A stretch of DNA of 64,000 nucleotides, taken from assembly GCF_054482525.1 (NCBI RefSeq), contig NZ_CM137006.1; one strand, given 5' to 3'. Numbering within the stretch: position 1 is the first letter of the stretch; each line of letters begins with the position of its first letter. Shown here piece by piece: positions 1 to 16,410 of this stretch. Under the pieces are notes generated by a model that worked only from the letters and a program-made list of their open reading frames with translations, searched no databases and was not told the origin of the DNA. The translations under genes and the position numbers were made by a program.

Positions 1-522
1 ATCCACGATCCACGTCTCTCCTGGAATACCGTTGATGTGGTGACCGCCGCGGGCGGCACACCGGTGATGTCGAAAACCGGACACGCCTTTATTAAAGAAC
101 GTATGCGCAAGGAAGACGCCATCTACGGTGGCGAAATGAGCGCCCACCACTATTTCCGTGATTTCGCTTACTGCGACAGCGGCATGATCCCGTGGCTGCT
201 GGTCGCCGAACTGGTGTGTCTGAAAGGAAAAACGCTGGGCGAACTGGTGCGCGACCGGATGGCAGCGTTTCCGGCAAGCGGTGAGATCAACAGCAAACTG
301 GCGCAACCCGCTGAGGCGATTAATCGCGTCGAACAGCATTTTAGCCGTGAGGCGCTGGCGGTGGATCGCACCGATGGCATCAGCATGACCTTTGCCGACT
401 GGCGCTTTAACCTGCGCTCCTCCAACACCGAACCGGTGGTGCGCCTGAATGTGGAATCGCGCGGTGATGTGCCGCTGATGGAAGAAAAGACAAAACTTAT
501 CCTTGCGTTATTGAACAAGTAA
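1..522 (+). CDS. manB: Phosphomannomutase, C-terminal part (5' end lies outside the window); last gene of an O-antigen cluster abutting gnd
   Basis: Open frame from position 1 with no stop; translation ends ...[16 protein letters not shown], matching the C-terminus of enterobacterial ManB/CpsG phosphomannomutase; located immediately upstream of gnd. Confidence 0.75.
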   Translation: MHDPRLSWNTVDVVTAAGGTPVMSKTGHAFIKERMRKEDAIYGGEMSAHHYFRDFAYCDSGMIPWLLVAELVCLKGKTLGELVRDRMAAFPASGEINSKLAQPAEAINRVEQHFSREALAVDRTDGISMTFADWRFNLRSSNTEPVVRLNVESRGDVPLMEEKTKLILALLNK

Positions 523-685
523 TTCAGTAATTTCATATAAATAAGTTTTAAAAGACGGAAAAGATGAGATATTCAGTGTGGTATAGCAAAGGTACTGCTA
601 TTCACCATCTCTATGAGTGAGTTAACATCTATACCACATTTAAGCCGCACACTCGGCGGTGAACACCCCCTGACAGGAGTATACA

Positions 686-2092
686 ATGTCAAAGCAACAG
701 ATCGGCGTCGTCGGTATGGCAGTGATGGGGCGCAACCTTGCGCTCAACATCGAAAGCCGTGGTTATACCGTCTCTATTTTCAACCGTTCCCGTGAAAAGA
801 CGGAAGAAGTGATTGCCGAAAATCCAGGCAAGAAACTGGTTCCTTACTATACAGTGAAAGAGTTTGTTGAATCTCTGGAAACGCCTCGTCGCATCCTGTT
901 AATGGTGAAAGCAGGTGCTGGCACGGATGCTGCTATTGATTCCCTCAAACCATACCTCGATAAAGGTGACATCATCATTGATGGTGGTAATACCTTCTTC
1001 CAGGACACCATTCGTCGTAACCGTGAGCTTTCTGCCGAAGGCTTTAACTTCATTGGTACCGGTGTTTCCGGTGGTGAAGAAGGCGCGCTGAAAGGTCCTT
1101 CCATTATGCCTGGTGGGCAGAAAGAAGCCTATGAACTGGTTGCACCGATCCTGACCAAAATCGCCGCAGTGGCTGAAGACGGTGAGCCATGCGTTACCTA
1201 TATCGGTGCCGATGGTGCAGGCCATTATGTGAAGATGGTTCACAACGGTATTGAATACGGCGATATGCAACTGATTGCTGAAGCCTATTCTCTGCTTAAA
1301 GGTGGCCTGAACCTCACCAACGAAGAACTGGCGCAGACCTTTACCGAGTGGAATAACGGTGAACTGAGCAGCTACCTGATCGACATCACCAAAGACATCT
1401 TCACTAAAAAAGATGAAGACGGTAACTACCTGGTTGATGTGATCCTGGATGAAGCGGCTAACAAAGGTACCGGTAAATGGACCAGCCAGAGCGCGCTGGA
1501 TCTCGGAGAACCGCTGTCGCTGATTACCGAGTCTGTGTTTGCACGTTATATCTCTTCTCTGAAAGATCAGCGCGTTGCCGCATCTAAAGTTCTCTCTGGT
1601 CCGCAAGCTCAGTCAGCAGGCGACAAGGCTGAGTTCATCGAAAAAGTTCGCCGTGCGCTGTATCTGGGCAAAATCGTTTCTTACGCTCAGGGCTTCTCTC
1701 AGCTGCGTGCTGCGTCTGAAGAATACAACTGGGATCTGAACTACGGCGAAATCGCGAAGATTTTCCGTGCTGGCTGCATCATCCGTGCGCAGTTCCTGCA
1801 GAAAATCACCGATGCATATGCCGAAAATCCGCAGATCGCTAACCTGCTGCTGGCTCCGTACTTCAAGCAAATTGCCGATGACTACCAGCAGGCGCTGCGT
1901 GATGTCGTTGCTTATGCAGTACAGAACGGTATCCCGGTTCCGACCTTCGCCGCTGCGGTTGCCTATTACGATAGCTACCGTGCCGCTGTTCTGCCTGCGA
2001 ACCTGATCCAGGCACAGCGTGACTATTTCGGTGCACATACTTATAAGCGCATTGATAAAGAAGGTGTGTTCCATACTGAATGGCTGGATTAA
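686..2092 (+). CDS. gnd: 6-phosphogluconate dehydrogenase, decarboxylating
   Basis: 468-aa ORF with N-terminal NADP-binding motif [15 protein letters not shown]; full-length match to E. coli Gnd as I recall it. Confidence 0.97.
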   Translation: MSKQQIGVVGMAVMGRNLALNIESRGYTVSIFNRSREKTEEVIAENPGKKLVPYYTVKEFVESLETPRRILLMVKAGAGTDAAIDSLKPYLDKGDIIIDGGNTFFQDTIRRNRELSAEGFNFIGTGVSGGEEGALKGPSIMPGGQKEAYELVAPILTKIAAVAEDGEPCVTYIGADGAGHYVKMVHNGIEYGDMQLIAEAYSLLKGGLNLTNEELAQTFTEWNNGELSSYLIDITKDIFTKKDEDGNYLVDVILDEAANKGTGKWTSQSALDLGEPLSLITESVFARYISSLKDQRVAASKVLSGPQAQSAGDKAEFIEKVRRALYLGKIVSYAQGFSQLRAASEEYNWDLNYGEIAKIFRAGCIIRAQFLQKITDAYAENPQIANLLLAPYFKQIADDYQQALRDVVAYAVQNGIPVPTFAAAVAYYDSYRAAVLPANLIQAQRDYFGAHTYKRIDKEGVFHTEWLD

Positions 2093-2117
2093 TCTGATTT
2101 AACCAACAATAAAATTG

Positions 2118-2150
2118 AGGCCCGGCGTATATTGCACCGGGCTTTTTTTT
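2118..2150 (+). terminator. Rho-independent terminator downstream of gnd
   Basis: GC-rich hairpin (gcccggcg...caccgggc) followed by a T8 run just after the gnd stop. Confidence 0.7.
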
Positions 2151-2331
2151 GCCATTTATCTTATAGACTAAATTTCACTGCTTAATATTAACTTAATAAA
2201 TATCAGCTATTCTTATAAAGAAAATCTGAATTGTTTTTCGTTGCGTTGACCATCTTACAACGTAGCGTTAAAACTTTTAACTCTTATCAGGATGCTAAAA
2301 ACATCATGATTCACAGTTAAGTTAATTCTGA

Positions 2332-3507
<1,176 letters not shown>

Positions 3508-3649
3508 CATCTTGTTATCAGGGCTATTTACGCCCTGATTGTCTTTTGTTACTTCCTCAACAATTCATTATTTTTATCATTTATCCTATAGCATTCACGA
3601 GGATTATCGCTAAACTATGCGGACTTGGAAATTTCCGTCAGTTAGGGTA

Positions 3650-4630
3650 ATGATGAGAGTAGAAAATAATAATGTTTCTGGGCAAAACCATGACCCGGAA
3701 CAGATTGATTTGATTGATTTACTAATGCAGTTGTGGCGTGGCAAGATGACAATCATCATCTCTGTCATTGTTGCTATTGCCCTGGCTATAGGGTATCTGG
3801 CCGTTGCCAAAGAAAAGTGGACTTCCACAGCTATCGTTACTCAACCTGATGTGGGGCAAATCGCTGGCTATAACAATGCCATGAATGTTATCTATGGTCA
3901 GGCTGCACCGAAAGTGTCAGATTTGCAGGAGACGTTGATTGGTCGCTTCAGTTCTGCCTTCTCTGCATTAGCAGAAACGCTGGATAATCAGGAAGAACCA
4001 GAAAAACTTACCATCGAACCTTCTGTTAAGAACCAGCAATTACCATTGACTGTTTCTTATGTTGGGCAAACTGCAGAGGGCGCACAAATGAAGTTGGCCC
4101 AATACATTCAGCAAGTTGACGATAAAGTGAATCAAGAGCTAGAAAAGGATCTCAAAGACAACATTGCTCTGGGACGGAAAAACTTGCAGGACTCTTTAAG
4201 AACCCAGGAAGTGGTTGCGCAGGAGCAGAAAGATCTGCGCATCCGTCAGATTCAGGAAGCGTTGCAGTATGCGAATCAGGCGCAGGTGACAAAACCACAG
4301 GTTCAGCAGACTGAAGATGTGACGCAAGATACGTTGTTCCTTTTGGGGAGCGAAGCGCTGGAGTCGATGATTAAGCATGAGGCGACCCGTCCGTTGGTGT
4401 TCTCACCAAACTACTATCAGACTCGTCAAAACCTGCTGGATATCGAAAACTTAAAGGTTGATGATCTTGATATTCATGCTTACCGCTATGTGATGAAACC
4501 GACGTTACCTATTCGTCGCGATAGCCCGAAAAAGGCAATTACATTGATTCTGGCGGTGCTGCTGGGCGGCATGGTTGGCGCGGGGATTGTGTTGGGGCGT
4601 AACGCTCTGCGTAATTACAACGCGAAGTAA
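3650..4630 (+). CDS. wzzB: O-antigen chain-length determinant (polysaccharide co-polymerase)
   Basis: ORF track 3617..4630; the in-frame start MMRVENNNVSGQNHDPEQIDLIDLL at 3650 gives 326 aa. Has an N-terminal TM segment, a coiled-coil periplasmic region and a C-terminal TM segment with a Gly-rich motif. Start choice is inferred. Confidence 0.88.
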   Translation: MMRVENNNVSGQNHDPEQIDLIDLLMQLWRGKMTIIISVIVAIALAIGYLAVAKEKWTSTAIVTQPDVGQIAGYNNAMNVIYGQAAPKVSDLQETLIGRFSSAFSALAETLDNQEEPEKLTIEPSVKNQQLPLTVSYVGQTAEGAQMKLAQYIQQVDDKVNQELEKDLKDNIALGRKNLQDSLRTQEVVAQEQKDLRIRQIQEALQYANQAQVTKPQVQQTEDVTQDTLFLLGSEALESMIKHEATRPLVFSPNYYQTRQNLLDIENLKVDDLDIHAYRYVMKPTLPIRRDSPKKAITLILAVLLGGMVGAGIVLGRNALRNYNAK

Positions 4631-4650
4631 TCTTTTCGGTTTTAAAGAAA

Positions 4651-4688
4651 ATGGGCAGGGTGGTGACACCTTGCCCGTTTTTTTTTGC
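4651..4688. terminator. Bidirectional Rho-independent terminator between convergent wzzB and hisI
   Basis: Hairpin gggcagggtggtgacaccttgccc followed by T9 on the + strand and a T-rich stretch on the - strand. Confidence 0.7.
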
Positions 4689-4814
4689 CGGCATGCGATG
4701 CTGGCGCATCTTATTCAGCCAAAATGTGCAGAGCGAATAGTAGGCCCGATAAGCTTGCGCATCGGGCAATGGCTCCGGAAGCGACAACAATATCGCATCC
4801 GCTTACCCCGCAAC

Positions 4815-5419
4815 TCACTGATGCCGTTTGCGCAGGTTCTCAATCACCGTCGTTAAATCCAGATCCTGATCCTGCAACAATACCAACAGGTGATACATCA
4901 AATCAGATGCCTCGTTGGTCAGCTCAAAGCGGTCATGTACCGTTGCTGCCAGCGCAGTTTCCACGCCTTCTTCGCCCACTTTCTGCGCAATGCGCTTGGT
5001 GCCGCTGGCATACAGTTTGGCGGTGTAGGAGGTTTCCGGGGCGGCAGATTTACGTTCGGCGAGCAGTTGTTCCAGTTGATAGAGGAACAGCCACTGGTGA
5101 GCGGTGTCACCGAAGCAGCTGCTGGTGCCTTTGTGGCAGGTCGGGCCGATGGGATTAGCCAGCACTAATAACGTGTCGTTGTCGCAGTCCGGGGCAATAC
5201 TCACTACGTTGAGGAAATTGCCCGACGTTTCGCCTTTGGTCCACAGTCGCTGTTTAGTGCGCGAGAAGAAGGTGACTTTGCCGCTTTCGATGGTTTTGTC
5301 TAAGGCTTCCGGGTTCATGTAGCCCAGCATTAACACTTCGCCGGATACCGCGTGTTGCACAATCACCGGCATCAGTCCGTCGGTTTTTTCCCAGTCCAGT
5401 TCGCGACGTTGTTGTTCTG

Positions 5420-5426
<7 letters not shown>
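4815..5426 (-). CDS. hisI: Bifunctional phosphoribosyl-AMP cyclohydrolase / phosphoribosyl-ATP pyrophosphatase
   Basis: 203-aa ORF, last gene of the his operon; matches HisIE. Confidence 0.95.
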
Positions 5427-7504
<2,078 letters not shown>

Positions 7505-7505
<1 letters not shown>

Positions 7506-8571
7506 TACAGCACTCCTTTCGACGAGGGCAGGGTGTCGCCTTCCACGCGGATGGCCTGGCGCAGGGTGCGACCAAAGGCTTTGAACAGGCTCTCTACACG
7601 GTGGTGATCGTTTTTACCTTTGGTTTTCAGGTGTAGCGTCACACCCATGGTGTAAGAGAGCGAACGGAAGAAGTGCTCGATCATTTCAGTGCTGAGATCG
7701 CCCACGCGCTGGTAGGTAAATTCAGCTTTATATTCCAGGTGCGGGCGACCAGAGATATCCAGTGCACAGCGGGCAAGGCATTCGTCCATCGGCAGCACAA
7801 AACCAAAGCGGCAAATACCGCGTTTGTCGCCAAGAGCAATTTTTAATGCTTCGCCCAGCGCCAGGCCGGTATCTTCGACGGTGTGGTGATCGTCGATATA
7901 GAGGTCGCCTTTAACGTTGATTTCCATCCGGAAACCGCCGTGGGTGGCGATCTGATCCAGCATGTGATCAAAGAATCCAACGCCGGTATTAATCTTGCTG
8001 CCACCTTCACGATCCAGCCACACCTGGACGTCAATTTGCGTCTCTTTGGTGTTGCGCACTACATGGGCGTAACGGTCTCGTTTAGTGAGTTGCTCGCCAA
8101 TCATTGGCCAGTTCAGGGTTTCGCGGTCGTAGCGTAAACCATTAATACCCATGTTTTCAGCCAGTTGAATATCGGTCGCGCGATCGCCAATCACATAACT
8201 GTTGGCGCGATCCATCGCTTGCTCAGCGAGATAACGCTCCACCAGTTTTACTTTCGGCTTACGGCAGTCGCACTCATCGGCGGGCAGGTGCGGACAAATC
8301 AGCACTTCATCAAACTGCACGCCTTGTGAGGTGAAGATCTGCATCATCAGGTTGTGCGGGCCATCGAAATCCGCCTGCGGGAAACTTTGTGTTCCCAGAC
8401 CATCCTGATTAGTGATCATCACCAGCTTGTAGCCCGCTTTTTGCAGCTTCAGCAGCTCCGGGATCACGCCAGGTTCAAAGGCGAGTTTGTCAAAACGGTC
8501 CACCTGAAAATCACTCGGCGGTTCGCTGATCAGGGTTCCATCGCGATCGATAAAAAGATACTTCTGACTCA

Positions 8572-8572
<1 letters not shown>
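7505..8572 (-). CDS. hisB: Bifunctional histidinol-phosphatase / imidazoleglycerol-phosphate dehydratase
   Basis: ORF 7505..8575; start [15 protein letters not shown] (HAD phosphatase DxDGT motif) gives 355 aa. Confidence 0.95.
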
Positions 8573-10943
<2,371 letters not shown>

Positions 10944-10948
10944 GGCGA

Positions 10949-11848
10949 TCACTCCATCATCTTCTCAATCGGCAGGACCAGGATTGAACTGGCACCCAGC
11001 GCTTTCAGTTTTTCCATCGTTTCCCAGAACAGGGTTTCGCTACTGACCATGTGCATCGCTACGCGTTGTTGGTCACCCGCCAGCGGCAGAATGGTTGGGC
11101 GTTCGGCACCTGGCAGCAGGGCGATGACTTCATCCAGGCGTTCGGTCGGTGCGTGCATCATGATGTATTTTGATTCGCGCGCCTGGATAACACCCTGAAT
11201 ACGGGTCAGCAGTTTGTCGATCAGTTGCTGTTTGGATACTTCCATTTCGCCATCGCGCTGGATCAGGCAGGCTTTCGAGCGGTAGATAACTTCGACTTCG
11301 CGCAGGCCGTTAGCTTCCAGCGTGGCACCGGTGGAAACCAGATCACAAATCGCATCTGCCAGTCCGGCACGCGGGGCGACTTCGACAGAACCGTTCAGTA
11401 AGCAGGATTTAAAAGAGATGCCTTTCTGGTCGAGATAACGCTTGAGCAGGTGAGGATAAGAGGTGGCGATACGTTTACCGTTTAAGGAGAGTGGGCCATC
11501 CCAGGCTTCATCAACCGGCGTTGCCAGCGAAAGACGGCAACCGCCGAAATCCAGACGACGCAGGGTAAAGTAGCGCGGATCTTCACCCTGGGCGCGGCGG
11601 TTAAGCAGCTCTTCTTCCAGCACGTTTTCGCCGATAATCCCGAGGTCAACCACGCCGTCCATTACCAGACCGGGAATGTCGTCATCACGTACGCGCAGAA
11701 TATCAATCGGCATGTTTTCTGCCATCGCGATCAGGCGCTGGGTGTGAAGATTGATTTTAATGCCACAGCGCGCCAGCAATTCGCGTGAGTCATCACTTAA
11801 ACGGCCTGATTTCTGCATAGCTATGCGTAAACGAGTGTTGTCTGTCAT
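10949..11848 (-). CDS. hisG: ATP phosphoribosyltransferase
   Basis: ORF 10949..11887; start [21 protein letters not shown] gives 299 aa (long-form HisG). Confidence 0.95.
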   Translation of the reverse strand: MTDNTRLRIAMQKSGRLSDDSRELLARCGIKINLHTQRLIAMAENMPIDILRVRDDDIPGLVMDGVVDLGIIGENVLEEELLNRRAQGEDPRYFTLRRLDFGGCRLSLATPVDEAWDGPLSLNGKRIATSYPHLLKRYLDQKGISFKSCLLNGSVEVAPRAGLADAICDLVSTGATLEANGLREVEVIYRSKACLIQRDGEMEVSKQQLIDKLLTRIQGVIQARESKYIMMHAPTERLDEVIALLPGAERPTILPLAGDQQRVAMHMVSSETLFWETMEKLKALGASSILVLPIEKMME

Positions 11849-11893
11849 TTTCTTATTCCTCTTTAAACCTGTCTGAACCGTTATCAACCGCGC

Positions 11894-11930
11894 AATAAAA
11901 AAGCCCCCGGAAGATGATCTTCCGGGGGCT
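11894..11930 (-). terminator. his operon attenuator (terminator hairpin between hisL and hisG)
   Basis: On the - strand: agcccccggaagatcatcttccgggggct perfect hairpin followed by a T run, located between hisL stop and hisG start. Confidence 0.85.
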
Positions 11931-11993
11931 TACTCATGCGTTCATGCACCACTGGAAGATCTGAATGTCTTCCAGCACACATCGCCTGAAAGA

Positions 11994-12044
11994 CTAGTCA
12001 GGATGATGGTGATGATGGTGGTGTTTAAATTGAACGCGTGTCAT
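11994..12044 (-). CDS. hisL: his operon leader peptide (MTRVQFKHHHHHHHPD)
   Basis: Reverse complement of 11994..12044 reads atg aca cgc gtt caa ttt aaa cac cac cat cat cac cat cat cct gac tag: 16 codons with seven consecutive His codons. Confidence 0.92.
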   Translation of the reverse strand: MTRVQFKHHHHHHHPD

Positions 12045-12327
12045 AAAAGTCTCTGTGAATGTTTATTCAACTGATGTCTTTTAACCTAAACCACTTTCAC
12101 GTTAGAAAGCAAGGGCTTTTTTATATATTTTATGGCGATGGATTTGTTTAATGAATGAGCGGGGAAAGGAGGGGGCTAAGAGGACTGACCTCTAAGCTGA
12201 CGGCACCAAAAATAGCGAAGCCTGGATTTTTCGACTCACTGACAATATCTTGATCTACAAACTAATTAATAAATAGTTAATTAACGCCCATCATTGTACA
12301 ATGAAATGTACAAAAGAGGAGATTAAC

Positions 12328-12579
12328 ATGCGTACAATTAGCTACAGCGAAGCGCGTCAGAATTTGTCGGCAACAATGATGAAAGCCGTTGATGATCATG
12401 CCCCGATCCTTATTACTCGTCAGAATGGAGAGGCTTGTGTTCTGATGTCACTCGAAGAATACAACTCCCTGGAGGAGACGGCTTATCTACTGCGTTCCCC
12501 CGCTAACGCCCGGAGATTGATGGACTCAATCGATAGCCTGAAATCTGGCAAAGGAACGGAAAAGGACATCATTGAGTGA
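12328..12579 (+). CDS. yefM: Type II antitoxin YefM
   Basis: ORF 12301..12579; start [21 protein letters not shown] gives 83 aa; stop overlaps the GTG start of yoeB (GTGA). Confidence 0.9.
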   Translation: MRTISYSEARQNLSATMMKAVDDHAPILITRQNGEACVLMSLEEYNSLEETAYLLRSPANARRLMDSIDSLKSGKGTEKDIIE

Positions 12580-12830
12580 AACTAATCTGGTCTGAGGAAT
12601 CATGGGATGATTATCTGTACTGGCAGGAAACAGATAAGCGAATTGTTAAAAAGATCAATGAACTTATCAAAGATACCCGCAGAACGCCATTTGAAGGTAA
12701 GGGGAAGCCAGAACCCCTGAAACATAATTTGTCAGGTTTCTGGTCCCGACGCATTACAGAGGAGCACCGTCTGGTATACGCGGTTACCGACGATTCACTG
12801 CTCATTGCAGCATGTCGTTATCATTATTGA
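12576..12830 (+). CDS. yoeB: Type II toxin YoeB (ribosome-dependent mRNA interferase)
   Basis: 84-aa [25 protein letters not shown]...; GTG start overlapping the yefM stop. Confidence 0.9.
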   Translation: MKLIWSEESWDDYLYWQETDKRIVKKINELIKDTRRTPFEGKGKPEPLKHNLSGFWSRRITEEHRLVYAVTDDSLLIAACRYHY

Positions 12831-12912
12831 ACAGATTCATTCATAGAATGAATTGTCAGTTTTGATACGCTAGCGTAGCCTTATAGATCTAAGGTGTATC
12901 AGGAGATAACGG

Positions 12913-13737
12913 ATGAAAAAGGTCGCAATTGTCGGGTTAGGGTGGTTAGGCATGCCGCTGGCGATGTCACTTTCAGCGCGAGGCTGGCAAGTCACCGGGA
13001 GTAAAACCACACAAGATGGTGTCGAAGCGGCCCGAATGAGTGGCATTGATAGCTATCTGCTTCGCATGGAGCCTGAGTTAGTTTGCGATTCTGACGATCT
13101 GGATGCCCTGATGGATGCCGATGCGCTGGTCATTACGCTTCCGGCACGTCGTAGCGGCCCCGGCGATGAGTTCTATTTACAAGCGGTACAAGAGTTAGTG
13201 GATAGCGCGCTGGCCCATCGTATTCCCCGCATTATTTTTACCAGCTCAACATCTGTCTATGGCGACGCGCAAGGCACGGTGAAAGAAACCACCCCGCGTA
13301 ATCCGGTAACCAACAGTGGACGAGTATTAGAAGAACTCGAAGACTGGCTGCACAATTTACCCGGTACTTCGGTCGATATTCTGCGTCTTGCGGGCCTGGT
13401 CGGACCGGGGCGTCATCCCGGACGCTTCTTTGCCGGAAAAACCGCGCCTGATGGTGAACATGGTGTTAATTTAGTCCATTTAGAAGATGTTATTGGCGCT
13501 ATCACCCTGTTGTTACAGGCACCTAAAGGCGGACACATCTATAATATATGTGCGCCAGCTCACCCTGCGCGTAATGTTTTCTATCCGCAGATGGCCCGTT
13601 TACTGGGGCTGGAACCTCCGCAGTTCACAAATAGTCTGGACAGCGGCAAAGGTAAGATTATTGATGGCAGTCGGATTTGTAATGAACTGGGATTTGAATA
13701 CCAGTATCCCGATCCGCTGGTAATGCCGCTGGAGTAA
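12913..13737 (+). CDS. yeeZ: NAD(P)-dependent epimerase/dehydratase family protein
   Basis: 274-aa ORF with N-terminal Rossmann motif VAIVGLGWLG; synteny with yeeY and yoeB. Confidence 0.85.
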   Translation: MKKVAIVGLGWLGMPLAMSLSARGWQVTGSKTTQDGVEAARMSGIDSYLLRMEPELVCDSDDLDALMDADALVITLPARRSGPGDEFYLQAVQELVDSALAHRIPRIIFTSSTSVYGDAQGTVKETTPRNPVTNSGRVLEELEDWLHNLPGTSVDILRLAGLVGPGRHPGRFFAGKTAPDGEHGVNLVHLEDVIGAITLLLQAPKGGHIYNICAPAHPARNVFYPQMARLLGLEPPQFTNSLDSGKGKIIDGSRICNELGFEYQYPDPLVMPLE

Positions 13738-13782
13738 ACGATCACGCCAGCAGGACGCCGCATACACTGCAAGGGGGCGTGT

Positions 13783-14712
13783 ATGAAACCACTGCTGGAT
13801 GTGTTGATGATCCTCGATGCCTTAGAAAAAGAAGGCAGTTTTGCGGCGGCGTCGGCCAAACTCTACAAGACGCCGTCCGCTCTGAGTTACACCGTTCACA
13901 AGCTGGAAAGCGACCTTAATATTCAATTGCTTGATCGTAGCGGACACCGCGCTAAATTCACCCGCACCGGGAAAATGTTATTAGAGAAAGGGCGGGAAGT
14001 TCTGCATACCGTGCGAGAACTGGAAAAGCAGGCGATCAAACTGCATGAAGGCTGGGAAAACGAGCTGGTGATTGGTGTGGACGACACCTTCCCTTTTTCT
14101 CTGCTTGCGCCACTCATTGAAGCTTTTTATCAACATCATAGTGTGACGCGCCTGAAGTTTATCAATGGTGTACTCGGTGGCTCCTGGGATGCCCTGACTC
14201 AGGGGCGAGCGGATATTATTGTTGGCGCGATGCATGAGCCACCATCTTCCAGTGAGTTTGGTTTCTCGCGGTTAGGCGATCTGGAACAAGTCTTTGCGGT
14301 CGCGCCACATCATCCGTTAGCCCTGGAAGAAGAACCGTTAAACCGTCGTATCATTAAACGATATCGGGCGATTGTGGTGGGGGATACTGCGCAGGCAGGC
14401 GCTTCTACGGCCTCACAACTTCTCGACGAACAAGAAGCCATTACCGTTTTCGATTTTAAAACCAAGCTGGAGCTGCAAATTAGCGGCCTTGGCTGCGGCT
14501 ATTTACCCCGTTATCTGGCGCAACGTTTTCTCGATAGTGGCGCGTTAATCGAGAAGAAAGTGGTCGCCCAAACTCTCTTTGAACCCGTCTGGATTGGCTG
14601 GAACGAACAGACCGCAGGGCTTGCCAGCGGCTGGTGGCGTGATGAAATTTTAGCAAATAGTGCGATCGCCGGTGTTTATGCAAAATCTGATGACGGAAAA
14701 TCAGCCATTTAA
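13783..14712 (+). CDS. yeeY: LysR-family transcriptional regulator
   Basis: 309-aa ORF; N-terminal wHTH (SFAAASAKLYKTPSALSYTVHKLE) and LysR substrate-binding domain. Confidence 0.85.
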   Translation: MKPLLDVLMILDALEKEGSFAAASAKLYKTPSALSYTVHKLESDLNIQLLDRSGHRAKFTRTGKMLLEKGREVLHTVRELEKQAIKLHEGWENELVIGVDDTFPFSLLAPLIEAFYQHHSVTRLKFINGVLGGSWDALTQGRADIIVGAMHEPPSSSEFGFSRLGDLEQVFAVAPHHPLALEEEPLNRRIIKRYRAIVVGDTAQAGASTASQLLDEQEAITVFDFKTKLELQISGLGCGYLPRYLAQRFLDSGALIEKKVVAQTLFEPVWIGWNEQTAGLASGWWRDEILANSAIAGVYAKSDDGKSAI

Positions 14713-14978
14713 AGAAAAATTATTATGACAAGCCTCTCATTCTCTTGTCATTTCCCCCCCATTTAGGCACAATGCGCCGCTGTCAAAAAATGACTAAAAA
14801 CCGACGTTTAATTAGCGTCGGTTATTTTTTGCTTCAAACCAATCATTCATACCAAGAGGCCGGGCTTCGTACCGGATAGATATTTACTAAAAATCGACAG
14901 TTGTTGTCGCTGAGGAATCCAAAAAAATGGGGCAATTTTTTGCTTACGCGACGGTTATCACCGTAAAGGAGAATGACC

Positions 14979-16337
14979 ATGTCGCATAACGTTACTCCAA
15001 ACACCTCTCGCGTGGAATTGCGTAAAACGCTTACGTTAGTTCCGGTTGTAATGATGGGTCTTGCCTATATGCAGCCGATGACGCTGTTTGATACATTTGG
15101 TATCGTTTCAGGCCTCACGGATGGTCATGTGCCGACAGCCTATGCGTTCGCATTGATTGCGATCCTGTTTACGGCTCTGAGCTACGGGAAGCTGGTTCGC
15201 CGCTATCCTTCTGCTGGCTCTGCATACACTTACGCCCAGAAATCCATTAGCCCGACTGTCGGCTTTATGGTGGGTTGGTCTTCTCTGCTCGACTATCTGT
15301 TCGCGCCGATGATCAACATTCTACTGGCGAAAATCTATTTTGAAGCTCTGGTGCCTTCCATTCCATCGTGGATGTTTGTGGTGGCGCTGGTGGCCTTTAT
15401 GACCGCCTTTAACCTGCGTAGTCTGAAATCCGTAGCGAACTTCAACACTGTAATCGTCGTGTTGCAGGTAGTGCTGATCGCGGTGATTCTGGGCATGGTT
15501 GTTTATGGCGTATTTGAAGGCGAAGGCGCGGGTACGCTGGCGAGCACTCGTCCGTTCTGGTCTGGCGATGCGCATGTTATCCCGATGATTACCGGGGCGA
15601 CAATCCTGTGCTTCTCCTTTACCGGCTTTGACGGCATCAGCAACCTGTCGGAAGAAACCAAAGATGCAGAGCGCGTGATCCCGCGTGCGATTTTCCTGAC
15701 CGCGCTGATCGGCGGCATGATCTTCATCTTTGCAACTTACTTCCTGCAGCTGTACTTCCCGGATATCTCTCGCTTTAAAGATCCGGATGCGTCACAGCCT
15801 GAAATCATGCTGTATGTTGCGGGTAAAGCGTTCCAGGTTGGCGCGCTGATCTTCTCCACCATTACCGTACTGGCGTCCGGTATGGCGGCGCACGCAGGCG
15901 TAGCGCGTCTGATGTACGTAATGGGTCGTGACGGCGTATTCCCGAAAAGCTTCTTCGGTTATGTACACCCGAAATGGCGTACTCCGGCGATGAACATCAT
16001 CCTGGTTGGCGCGATTGCCTTGCTGGCAATCAACTTCGACCTGGTAATGGCTACGGCGCTGATTAACTTTGGTGCGCTGGTGGCGTTCACCTTTGTTAAC
16101 CTGTCGGTTATCTCGCAGTTCTGGATCCGTGAGAAGCGTAATAAGACGCTGAAAGATCACTTCCAGTATCTGTTCCTGCCGATGTGTGGTGCGCTGACTG
16201 TAGGTGCGCTGTGGGTTAATCTGGAAGAAAGCTCAATGGTTCTGGGTCTGATCTGGGCTGCTATTGGTCTGATTTACCTGGCTTGCGTCACCAAGAGCTT
16301 CCGTAACCCGGTTCCGCAGTACGAAGACGTTGCATAA
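14979..16337 (+). CDS. plaP: Putrescine importer (APC-superfamily amino acid/polyamine permease)
   Basis: ORF 14973..16337; start [16 protein letters not shown] gives 452 aa; 12-TM permease. Confidence 0.87.
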   Translation: MSHNVTPNTSRVELRKTLTLVPVVMMGLAYMQPMTLFDTFGIVSGLTDGHVPTAYAFALIAILFTALSYGKLVRRYPSAGSAYTYAQKSISPTVGFMVGWSSLLDYLFAPMINILLAKIYFEALVPSIPSWMFVVALVAFMTAFNLRSLKSVANFNTVIVVLQVVLIAVILGMVVYGVFEGEGAGTLASTRPFWSGDAHVIPMITGATILCFSFTGFDGISNLSEETKDAERVIPRAIFLTALIGGMIFIFATYFLQLYFPDISRFKDPDASQPEIMLYVAGKAFQVGALIFSTITVLASGMAAHAGVARLMYVMGRDGVFPKSFFGYVHPKWRTPAMNIILVGAIALLAINFDLVMATALINFGALVAFTFVNLSVISQFWIREKRNKTLKDHFQYLFLPMCGALTVGALWVNLEESSMVLGLIWAAIGLIYLACVTKSFRNPVPQYEDVA

Positions 16338-16370
16338 TCTTACAAGCCGGATGACATAATCATCCGGTAA

Positions 16371-16408
16371 ATCTCAAAAAGCCGGAGTTTGTCGCTCCGG
16401 TTTTTTTG
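16371..16408. terminator. Bidirectional terminator between convergent plaP and sbcB
   Basis: Hairpin gccggagtttgtcgctccgg followed by T7; a second hairpin ccggatgacataatcatccgg lies at 16346..16366. Only 74 bp separate plaP and sbcB. Confidence 0.7.
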
Positions 16409-16410
16409 TT

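Noticed and set aside
899-1606. 235-aa ORF on the - strand inside gnd
   Set aside because: Entirely antisense to the well-supported gnd coding sequence; no independent signals.
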